From positions 1 to 64,000 of IMG/VR virus record IMGVR_UViG_3300033120_000845: 64,000 bases of DNA; one strand, given 5' to 3'. Positions 19,426 through 27,320 of this stretch are shown piece by piece. Numbering within the stretch: the first letter of the stretch is position 1; each line of letters opens with the position of its first letter. Under the pieces are notes generated by a model, which had not been told where the DNA came from, did not search any database, and saw only the letters and a program-made list of their open reading frames with translations. Source of the DNA: a virus. Taxonomy: Duplodnaviria > Caudoviricetes. The position numbers were made by a program, and so were the translations under genes.

Positions 19426-19564
19426 GTGTACTCAAACTCTCTATTACGGTTAATTTCTTGTTTCCGTCTTTCAAATATGTATATAGTCTAATATGAACAG
19501 GTATTGATGTGATTAACCAAACTATAAAGTATATTGACAACACCGTTTCTAATTTCATTTTCAC
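19346..19564 (-). CDS. small membrane protein, cassette 8 (convergent)
   Basis: 72-aa hydrophobic ORF overlapping the 3' end of 18970..19425. Confidence 0.4.
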   Translation of the reverse strand: MKMKLETVLSIYFIVWLITSIPVHIRLYTYLKDGNKKLTVIESLSTLSYFAFFVLSIFLLISKTTARLLGIL

Positions 19565-19598
19565 GTCTTGTTTTTAGGTAAAGTTGACGTACAATGAC

Positions 19599-19732
19599 GC
19601 ACAACGTCCATAGGCTTTGTGTCAGGTGGCGCGAACCAACACAGACCTCTCTGATTAATAATTATTTTTTAATTGCGCCAAAACTTTCCAAATATTCCTT
19701 TAACCGCCACTTGCACAAAACCTTTGTTGTAC
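19599..19732 (-). mobile_element. attC-like hairpin site SC
   Basis: GCACAAC-gtccat-AGGCTTTGTGTCAGGTGGCG-loop-CGCCACTTGCACAAAACCT-tt-GTTGTAC. Confidence 0.85.
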
Positions 19733-19805
19733 GACGGCTTTTATTATTTCCCGCCAAGTTATTAAAACTTTTTCTTACTTTTGGTTTTCACTTTAAATTT
19801 TTAAT

Positions 19806-20159
19806 ATGGCTGAAATAAACACAACAAAAAATGATGAAATATCAGGTTTGAAAAATAAATATAATCCTGATAAACATTTACCAACACCATTTCCTGAACA
19901 ATTTAAATATGAGAATTGCATTTGTGTATTTTACTCAGTTATTTTAAATGAAAAGTATAAAACTTTAAAAAGAGTATATCATAATGCTAAATTTTATAAA
20001 TCATTTACAGAAAACGATATGGTGGGTTTTGATTATAAAGGCTTTTCTTTGAACGGAGTTTACATATTAACTTCTACTAAAGAAGAAAGTGTTTCAATCT
20101 TAGAAGATATAAAATCTAATACAGAAAATTATAAAGAAAATTATTTAGACTGTATTTAA
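19806..20159 (+). CDS. hypothetical protein, cassette 9
   Basis: 117-aa ORF between SC and SD. Confidence 0.7.
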   Translation: MAEINTTKNDEISGLKNKYNPDKHLPTPFPEQFKYENCICVFYSVILNEKYKTLKRVYHNAKFYKSFTENDMVGFDYKGFSLNGVYILTSTKEESVSILEDIKSNTENYKENYLDCI

Positions 20160-20362
20160 ATTTTCGGTGGTTTTTCAAAAGCTGCTCCGTTAAAATAACT
20201 TGCTCTTTTTAGCTCTTCTTTAAGAATTTTTAAAAATACCTCTATTTCTGAATACCGAAGTTGGTTTAAATGAGAGTAAGTTACGCTTAGTGCTTTACTA
20301 ACTATTTCTTTACTCTCTTTTGTTAAGTGTTTGTATTTTTTACTCATAGTTTTATTAAACAA
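20156..20362 (-). CDS. hypothetical protein, cassette 9 (convergent)
   Basis: 68-aa ORF whose stop overlaps the stop of 19806..20159. Confidence 0.5.
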   Translation of the reverse strand: MFNKTMSKKYKHLTKESKEIVSKALSVTYSHLNQLRYSEIEVFLKILKEELKRASYFNGAAFEKPPKI

Positions 20363-20393
20363 CTTATTTAACGTTCTGTTGAGTTAAGCTGTT

Positions 20394-20490
20394 GTACAAC
20401 TTGTAAATATACGCATTGCGCTTTTTAAATATATCTCGGTTTTATTGAATATATTTACTTTTGTGCATTGCGTATATTTTTTTGTTAATA
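20394..20490. mobile_element. terminal hairpin site SD (distinct class; candidate attI-like primary site)
   Basis: GTACAAC-ttgt-AAATATACGCATTGCGC-loop-GTGCATTGCGTATATTT-tttt-GTTAATA; symmetric spacers; 7 nt from the groES stop. Confidence 0.7.
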
Positions 20491-20497
20491 ATTAATT

Positions 20498-20746
20498 TTA
20501 AGGTTTTGGTGCTTCGGCAATTACATAAAGTTCATTTAAAACTAAATATTTTTTACCGTTATATTCAATTTCTTTCCCGCGCTCCTCATCATAAAAAATA
20601 TACATCCCTACTTTATAAACTTCTGTTTTTTCACCAATAGAAATAACTTCAGAAACCATATTCTTTTGATTAGGCATAAAATTCATAGAGTTTGGATTCT
20701 TTTCAAATCTTACAACGACTTCATTCTGCTTAAATTTTAAATCCAT
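20498..20746 (-). CDS. groES: co-chaperonin GroES-like
   Basis: EVISIG...KVGMYIFY...GKEIEYNGKKYLVLNELYVIA; adjacent to GroEL. Confidence 0.8.
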   Translation of the reverse strand: MDLKFKQNEVVVRFEKNPNSMNFMPNQKNMVSEVISIGEKTEVYKVGMYIFYDEERGKEIEYNGKKYLVLNELYVIAEAPKP

Positions 20747-20747
20747 A

Positions 20748-22238
20748 TTACACTACACTTATAATTCTTGTATTAATAATTAATTTTGCCACAGACACTG
20801 CATTTTCTAATGCCACTCTCAAAGATTTTTTAGCATCAATAATTCCTGACTTTCTATAATTTACAACTTTTTTAGTTTTAATATCATAAAGTTGTCCATA
20901 TCTGTTAATTTGACGAATCGCTTTTTCAGCTTCTACATCACCATTAGTTAAAATCTGCCTGAAAGGTTCACAAATAGTGTCTAATAAAATTTGATATCCT
21001 AAATCCTTTTTATTTTTACCACTTAATTTTTTAGCAATCGACAGCATAGTTGCTCCACCTCCTGCTACAAACCCTTCTTCAACAGCACACTCTAAAGCCC
21101 TCTTAGCATCATCAAAACGGTCAAACTTTTCTTTTCTTTCCGAGTCTGTTTTTCCTCCAACATAAATTGTAGCAACACCATTCTCTAAATTAGCAATTCG
21201 CTTTTCAATAAAATCTGTTTTTTCTTCAACTTGCTTCAAAGAACTCAAATGTTCTAAACTTTTTTCATTTAATTCTCTCTGAATAATGTAAGTGCGGTCT
21301 TTTGAAACTATCACTTTATCTGCTGTCCCTGCGTGAATTACTTTTGAAACTCCCGGAACAAAAACCTCCGCACCTGTATAAAAAGCAATGTCTTGTAAAA
21401 GCTGTTTTCGTTCTTGTCCAAACTCAGGGGCTTTAATAACACAAATATGTCTTCCTCGCCTGTGAATATTTACAATTGCATTTAAAGCGTCCTCAGAAAT
21501 GTCTTCAACAATTAATAATAAGGGGCTTGAAGAGTTGGTGATAATTCCGTCAACTAAATTAGAATTAGAAAGACCCAGACTATTTTCAAAAATTACAATC
21601 TCTACATCTGTTTCATCAAAAGTTAAATTGCTTTCTTTAGTTGTTAGAAATGGCGAAACATATCCTTTCTCGATGTTCATACCTTTAATAACTTTCATTG
21701 TAGTTGTTGGAGAATCTGCTTCAATTACATCCACAATATTTGCATTATCAAAGGCTTCAATAAGCATTTCAGAAATTTCTTTATCACCATTGGAAGAAAT
21801 GTAAGCAATATCTTTTAAATTGTCTTTATCTGCATCCTCTGCTAAATTGTTAAGTTCTGAAATAACATCCGTCATTGCTCTATCAACACCTTCAATTATT
21901 TCTCGTGGAGTTGATAAATCTTTAGCCTCTAAACTCTTTTTAACCAAAGCCTGCGCAAAAACTAATGAAGAAGTTGTATTATCCCCCGCCTCCGTAACAG
22001 TTTTTACCGCCACTTGTTTAGCAAGATTAGCTCCCATCTGCTTTTCTTTCCTAATTACTTCGTCTTCATCATTGAAAAATATTGACTTACAAACAGAAAC
22101 ACCATCTTTAGTTGCAGAAACAGTTCCTAAATGCCCTTCAATCATAGCAATTTTTCCTTCCCCACCTAAAGTAAGTTTTGTAGCATCGCAAGCCACATTA
22201 AATCCAAAAATTAAATTACTATTATCTAATGTCGTCAT
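20748..22238 (-). CDS. groEL: chaperonin GroEL (phage-encoded)
   Basis: TLGGEG, TKDGVSV, AGDNTTSS, KAPEFG, GFVAGGG, GIID..K motifs. Confidence 0.95.
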   Translation of the reverse strand: MTTLDNSNLIFGFNVACDATKLTLGGEGKIAMIEGHLGTVSATKDGVSVCKSIFFNDEDEVIRKEKQMGANLAKQVAVKTVTEAGDNTTSSLVFAQALVKKSLEAKDLSTPREIIEGVDRAMTDVISELNNLAEDADKDNLKDIAYISSNGDKEISEMLIEAFDNANIVDVIEADSPTTTMKVIKGMNIEKGYVSPFLTTKESNLTFDETDVEIVIFENSLGLSNSNLVDGIITNSSSPLLLIVEDISEDALNAIVNIHRRGRHICVIKAPEFGQERKQLLQDIAFYTGAEVFVPGVSKVIHAGTADKVIVSKDRTYIIQRELNEKSLEHLSSLKQVEEKTDFIEKRIANLENGVATIYVGGKTDSERKEKFDRFDDAKRALECAVEEGFVAGGGATMLSIAKKLSGKNKKDLGYQILLDTICEPFRQILTNGDVEAEKAIRQINRYGQLYDIKTKKVVNYRKSGIIDAKKSLRVALENAVSVAKLIINTRIISVV

Positions 22239-22392
22239 CTTCTACTTCTATGTGTAATACGTCTCTTTCCGTTTGTTGTTGTTTTTTAATAAACTTTGTT
22301 TTGTCTTTTTCCCAATCGCCCGAAAGAGAAGGAAATATGAGATACAACTCCTCTGTTTCGAGGAGCGTATCGTATAATCTTTTATAATCCAT
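22222..22392 (-). CDS. small hypothetical protein (56 aa)
   Basis: Manually translated MDYKRLYDTLLETEELYLIFPSLSGDWEKDKTKFIKKQQQTERDVLHIEVEDDDIR; fills the gap and overlaps both neighbours. Confidence 0.65.
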   Translation of the reverse strand: MDYKRLYDTLLETEELYLIFPSLSGDWEKDKTKFIKKQQQTERDVLHIEVEDDDIR

Positions 22393-22591
22393 TCGATTTT
22401 AAATCTTTTAAAATGTTTTGATATAAAACACCATCAACTTTGTGAAAAGGAACATTTAAATCTACATAATTATGAATCTTATCTTTTATAACTTTCAAAG
22501 AAAGTCTGTTATCTAAAGTTTCAAATCCTACGAACGATGCCCCTGTTTCTCGTCTAATGATGTTATGCCAAAGGTTGTGAAACTTGTTCAT
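22382..22591 (-). CDS. hypothetical protein
   Basis: 69-aa ORF overlapping neighbours. Confidence 0.6.
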   Translation of the reverse strand: MNKFHNLWHNIIRRETGASFVGFETLDNRLSLKVIKDKIHNYVDLNVPFHKVDGVLYQNILKDLKSNGL

Positions 22592-22931
22592 CTTTTCTAA
22601 TTTCGTGTTTTTTAATTGCTTTTCCTGCTTTCACTGCTTCCATAAACCAATGTAATAAGTTGAATTTCATATCCATTGCAGATGCTCCCATAATTGTCAT
22701 TGCAGGTTTTGGTTCTTGGGAGAAGAATGTTTTTGCATCATACATTTTCTGTTCTGTTTTACCTTTACCTGTGGCAATAGTTTCTTCATTAAGCATCACT
22801 GTTTTGGTTTCTTGATTCTCAACCATTGTTAAGACATCTAAGAGTGCTGTTAATAATTCTCCGGGAATTTCTACAATACTTCCCTGTTCAAATGTATAGT
22901 CCGCTAAGTTAATTTTTGTTTCTTCGTTCAT
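22563..22931 (-). CDS. hypothetical protein
   Basis: 122-aa ORF. Confidence 0.7.
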   Translation of the reverse strand: MNEETKINLADYTFEQGSIVEIPGELLTALLDVLTMVENQETKTVMLNEETIATGKGKTEQKMYDAKTFFSQEPKPAMTIMGASAMDMKFNLLHWFMEAVKAGKAIKKHEIRKDEQVSQPLA

Positions 22932-23008
22932 TTATTTTTGTTTAAAACCCGCCTCAAAAGACAATTAGTCTCCGCAGGGAAATGCCCTACGCTCGGCGGG
23001 ATATGTTG

Positions 23009-23884
23009 TTAATTATTATATTCTAATACTTCTATTCCTAAACTTTTTATAAATTCTTCATGTTTTTCTCTTGTATCTAAATAAGTCCCATCTTGTAAAT
23101 GAAAAATTCTTTTTTCAACGTTTAATATTAAATGGTTATGTAAATTCTTATGGTCTCTAATATTTAAGATAAATACATCTTTCAAATAATCTTCGTTATA
23201 ATTCCAATGATGTAATTCAAACTCTCTATGTAAATTTAGGTAATATTTACTCCTTAGACCTTTATATACCGTACTATTTTTCCAAGGTTTATTTTTGTCC
23301 CACAATTTTTGTTGCTCTTTATAAACAAGTCTGTAGTACTTATCTCTATGCCTTTGACGCTCTTTTTCTAAACCTTCAGGAGTAGATGTATTTATATCTG
23401 TCCTTTCTTTAACATCCGTTTTGGTACAAGATTTACATTTCCCTAAATATCCATCTCCCATTCCACTATGTTTATAAAACTCTTCATAAGGTTTTGTAAC
23501 ATTGCATTTAAAACAAGTTTTTCCTATTTTATAAAAAGTCTCAAAAATATCTTCAGTAAGTAATCCTGAATTACATGGATTCGGGTCGTGATAAAGCCTT
23601 CCATTTTGGTATATGCAAATATGGTTTGCCCCTCTATTTGTTTTTCCCGTTACTGTATAAAAAGAGTCATCGTACCTATGCCCTTCAATGGTTTGCCAAA
23701 TCCATCCTTTATTATAAAGCCACTCTTGTAACTGTACATTCCAATCGTTTTCTAAGTATTTCTCCTGAATTTGAATTACATCTTCAGGAGAATCTAAGTT
23801 TAAGAAACAAGCTATTACTGTTGGGAAACAATTACCTAAAACTTCAGGTGGGTTATGTATCCTTGTTTGATATAACTTTTTCAT
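23009..23884 (-). CDS. two-domain protein: papain-like N-terminal domain plus Zn-finger/HNH-like nuclease domain
   Basis: GNCF..IAC / HICIY / HDPNP, then KTCFKC..FYKH....DG...KCKSC and ELHHWNY..HKNLH. Confidence 0.6.
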   Translation of the reverse strand: MKKLYQTRIHNPPEVLGNCFPTVIACFLNLDSPEDVIQIQEKYLENDWNVQLQEWLYNKGWIWQTIEGHRYDDSFYTVTGKTNRGANHICIYQNGRLYHDPNPCNSGLLTEDIFETFYKIGKTCFKCNVTKPYEEFYKHSGMGDGYLGKCKSCTKTDVKERTDINTSTPEGLEKERQRHRDKYYRLVYKEQQKLWDKNKPWKNSTVYKGLRSKYYLNLHREFELHHWNYNEDYLKDVFILNIRDHKNLHNHLILNVEKRIFHLQDGTYLDTREKHEEFIKSLGIEVLEYNN

Positions 23885-23893
23885 ATCTAACGT

Positions 23894-24643
23894 TTAAGCG
23901 AACGGAAGGTCGTCATGTTTTTCTGACAAATTAGCTACAGGCTCAAAAGCATCATTTGGCGACATTGTAGGAATTTGTTTTCCGCTCGGTTTTGGATTTC
24001 TTGGCGTTGTACCTACGTGAGGGTCTTCAGCTGTTGTGTTATTTTCTCCTTGAACCCATTTTAATCTTTCTGTATGTTCTTTTAACACTGCCAATAGATA
24101 ATCATCTTTAGCTTCCATTGAGGCGGCTGATGGCTTCTTTTTACCTAAAGCATCTTCTTTCCAAGTAATTGCAGGAATATCTCCTTCCACGAAATTACCA
24201 TCTTTGTAATACGCATTTGTCAATCCCTTTAATTTCTCACCATTAACAGAAATAGAAACTCCAATTTGAGAGTACTTACTTCCTTCAGGGATAAAATTAT
24301 AAGCTCTTACCGTAAGGTTATCCCCTTTATTGAGTTTTGGTAATACTTTAATTAGACTTTCTGCGTAATTGTCCACATTTCCCCTTTGGTCTGCAATATC
24401 TATAGGTACATAATAAACATCCTCTCCGTTTTTAATATTCATAGAAATTTGCTTTCCAAAACTGCCATCATAAATAGAAACAGATTCTAAAACTCCTGAA
24501 ACACCTTCTTTATAATATTTTCTATAAGAAACGTTACCTTTACTTGATGTATGTTTCTCAAACCCTTGCTTTTCTTCTTTACTGTAAATGAAAAACAAGC
24601 CACTACCGAACTCCAGTTGGAGATAATTTTTGTTAATTGCCAT
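23894..24643 (-). CDS. ssb: single-stranded DNA-binding protein (putative)
   Basis: Acidic C-terminal tail DDLPF after a disordered linker; replication-module context. Confidence 0.65.
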   Translation of the reverse strand: MAINKNYLQLEFGSGLFFIYSKEEKQGFEKHTSSKGNVSYRKYYKEGVSGVLESVSIYDGSFGKQISMNIKNGEDVYYVPIDIADQRGNVDNYAESLIKVLPKLNKGDNLTVRAYNFIPEGSKYSQIGVSISVNGEKLKGLTNAYYKDGNFVEGDIPAITWKEDALGKKKPSAASMEAKDDYLLAVLKEHTERLKWVQGENNTTAEDPHVGTTPRNPKPSGKQIPTMSPNDAFEPVANLSEKHDDLPFA

Positions 24644-24666
24644 TGTTTGTATTTAATTATTTATAT

Positions 24667-25170
24667 TTATTCTTCATTACTTGGAAATTCTAAAATTAAA
24701 TCCTTTTCTTTCTTTTTAAAAAGTCTTTTAAATTTCCATTTTAAACTTTCTAATTTTTCTTCCCACCAACTTTGGTCTGCTAAAAATAATTGACCGTAAA
24801 TATCGTCTGTAGTTTCCATAACATCAAAAGATAATCCTGCTTTTGTATATACAGTTGTAATACCTTCTGTTTCTGAATCAATCGCAAAAGAAAAATCTTG
24901 ACGTTCTAAAATTACTTCATTGTGGATGTATTCATATTCATCTTCTTTAAGTTTTACATATCCATCAGGCGATACTTCATCTTCTGTTTCTTCTTCCTCT
25001 AATTCGGGAGGCTCTACTCCAAGATTCCTGTACCACTGAGCCGAATGAGGCGGGGGGTTATCTTCATCAATCTCTTGTTGTTTCTTATTAACTTTCTTTA
25101 ACCTTTCTTGACCTTTCTCATTAATCTCTGTTGATACGGTGGTTAAAAATAAGATTTTAGGTTTACTCAT
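24667..25170 (-). CDS. hypothetical acidic protein
   Basis: 167-aa ORF directly downstream of a promoter. Confidence 0.7.
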   Translation of the reverse strand: MSKPKILFLTTVSTEINEKGQERLKKVNKKQQEIDEDNPPPHSAQWYRNLGVEPPELEEEETEDEVSPDGYVKLKEDEYEYIHNEVILERQDFSFAIDSETEGITTVYTKAGLSFDVMETTDDIYGQLFLADQSWWEEKLESLKWKFKRLFKKKEKDLILEFPSNEE

Positions 25171-25193
25171 TTTTTATTATTTTATTTCTTATG

Positions 25194-25225
25194 CAAATAT
25201 ACAACTTTATTTTGAATTGTGCAAG
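25194..25225 (-). promoter_or_regulatory. Bacteroidota sigma70-type promoter
   Basis: CTTGCACA-N16-TATATTTG on the minus strand. Confidence 0.75.
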
Positions 25226-25236
25226 TTTATTTTTGA

Positions 25237-26169
25237 TTATTTATTTTCAATTAAAAGCTCTAATTCTGCTAATGCATTCCAAGCAACATGATAGCAATGC
25301 GGTAACATACTTTCCAAGTCAATACCTTTTTGTATTCTATGTCTTAAACCTGCATCTGCATAATCTTTGCTCCCTCCTTTTACACGTTTAAAATTCAGGT
25401 AGTCTTTATCTGTTTCTTTATACTTTTCATGCCCGTATTCAGAACATCTTACAATTGCTTCTAATGCTTTCGGGAACTGTTTAAATAATAAAGATAATTG
25501 AGGTTTTAATATATTGAATTTCTGACCCTCAGTTTCTTTAAACTTATTTTCATCACATAAGTTATTATTGAGGATTGATTCTTTAGTTGGATGACAACAA
25601 ACACATCTTGAGTCGTCACACATTGTAAAATTACAATGCATTGGTTTTCCTTGTAATAGAGCTCCTTTTAAATCTTGTTTTGGCGCAATTGGACTCTCTG
25701 TTTTTAACACTTCCATTTTTTGCAATTTCAACCTTTCACTATCCTCAATTCTCTTTTTGCGCGAACAGTAATTTTCATCAACAAATGGATTAGAATGAAC
25801 AGGTTTTGTATTTAAAGTACTTTCTGTTTTTTTATTTGGTCTCCAAGAGAAAGTGTAAATTTTAGGTTCAACTATTTCATCTTCTTCACACATTTCAAAA
25901 CTTACAGGTGCTTCTATACTATATGTAAATCTACTTTTATCTTCACAATCTTCAGCTTTCAATCTTGTAGCATTAACTCTATTCCGTTTTTCGTCCGCAA
26001 AAAAAGATTCTAAACAGTCTTTATGATTAATCAAAAAATAAACAAGGTCAAACATCATCTGTCTGTTACTATTATTAATTTTCAATATCTCTGTATGAAG
26101 TGCTACATCGTTAATTGAATTAAGATTGTTTTCTCTTAAGTATTTTTTGTGATGTTCTTTTAGATTCAT
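25237..26169 (-). CDS. dATP/dGTP diphosphohydrolase domain protein (DUF5664-type) with long N-terminal extension
   Basis: GQKFNILKPQLSLL..KALEAIVRCSEYGHEKY..NF..YADAGLRH..DLESMLPHCYHVAWNAL. Confidence 0.8.
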   Translation of the reverse strand: MNLKEHHKKYLRENNLNSINDVALHTEILKINNSNRQMMFDLVYFLINHKDCLESFFADEKRNRVNATRLKAEDCEDKSRFTYSIEAPVSFEMCEEDEIVEPKIYTFSWRPNKKTESTLNTKPVHSNPFVDENYCSRKKRIEDSERLKLQKMEVLKTESPIAPKQDLKGALLQGKPMHCNFTMCDDSRCVCCHPTKESILNNNLCDENKFKETEGQKFNILKPQLSLLFKQFPKALEAIVRCSEYGHEKYKETDKDYLNFKRVKGGSKDYADAGLRHRIQKGIDLESMLPHCYHVAWNALAELELLIENK

Positions 26170-26577
26170 TTATTTAATTTTATTGTTTTAAAATTAACTT
26201 TTTACTTAACCTCCCGAAAAAGTTTAAAAAAGTGAGTGACACTACGATTCACTAAAACCTCCGCGCCGATAAAAAGACTTAAATAGAAACCGAAATTTCT
26301 ATTTAATTAACATCTCCCTACTCGTGATTTTTGTCTACGTTCAACACGTTTGTTGATATTTATTTTCGCGCAAAAAAGATAAAAACAGAAGAAAAATTTG
26401 TGGTCACTCTCTCCACATTAGCAACTTAAAATTAAGGTTTATTTCCTGTTACCAAGAACACAGCACGTTACTTACCTTAGCCGAAAAGTGTTTTTTACCA
26501 ATATTTCTTCTTTTTAAAATAGTATACGATTAAAGCTTACCTTTAAAGTCTCATCATCCGTCTCTCTATTTCTTCTG

Positions 26578-26609
26578 CAAATATAAATATTATTTTTTAA
26601 TTATGCAAG
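26578..26609 (-). promoter_or_regulatory. Bacteroidota sigma70-type promoter
   Basis: CTTGCATA-N16-TATATTTG on the minus strand. Confidence 0.75.
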
Positions 26610-26610
26610 T

Positions 26611-27318
26611 TTATTTTGGATTATTTTTATTATATTTATAATCAAGAATTTTTCCAACTAAATCTGAACGGTGATTTGATTTCAATTTGTGCCATTTTAT
26701 TTCGGGAATATTTTTACTTAATTCAATAACATAATCTAATCCTGTATAAGAAGCTTGAATATCCCGCTGTGCATTATCACCATTAATTACAATTCTACCA
26801 CCCTTTCCTAAACGGGTTACAAGGGCTTCCATTTCGTGTTCTGTTAAATTTTGTCCTTCCTCAACCACTAGTAATTCTCTATTACCTATAGTTTTTCCGC
26901 GTATGTATTGTGTTGGAATACCTTGAATTTTTGCAACAGTTGTTTTTGTAGCAGTCTTATCTTTATTTTCCTCTCCTCCACTCAAATGTGTCAAATGTTT
27001 ATCGACTTTATTTTTATCGTAACACGCATAAAGATTATCACGGAAAGCTTCAATATAAGCATCAAATTTGTGAGAAATTTCGCCGGGAAGAAATCCTAAA
27101 GTCTTTCCAACCTCTACGGCAGCGCGAGTTACATATACTTTGTCAATATGCCCATTAAAAATTAAATCTAAAACAGTTTGGGCTACAACCAGACTTTTGC
27201 CACTACCCGCCCTTCCACTAATAACAACTATTTCATTATCATAGATGTCTGATTTTACTATTTTTTGGTCTTCGTCTAATGTGATATTATATTTAATATC
27301 GTTTTTTCTTTCTCTCAT
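26611..27318 (-). CDS. phoH: PhoH-like ATPase
   Basis: GRAGSGKS, TRAAVE..LGFLPG, YIRGKT, VVEEGQN, TRLG..GDNAQRD, HRS. Confidence 0.93.
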   Translation of the reverse strand: MRERKNDIKYNITLDEDQKIVKSDIYDNEIVVISGRAGSGKSLVVAQTVLDLIFNGHIDKVYVTRAAVEVGKTLGFLPGEISHKFDAYIEAFRDNLYACYDKNKVDKHLTHLSGGEENKDKTATKTTVAKIQGIPTQYIRGKTIGNRELLVVEEGQNLTEHEMEALVTRLGKGGRIVINGDNAQRDIQASYTGLDYVIELSKNIPEIKWHKLKSNHRSDLVGKILDYKYNKNNPK

Positions 27319-27320
27319 AT

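Noticed and set aside
21499-22257. Long antisense ORFs opposite groEL (similarly opposite terL, MCP and fibre genes)
   Set aside because: Antisense shadows caused by codon bias of the real genes.
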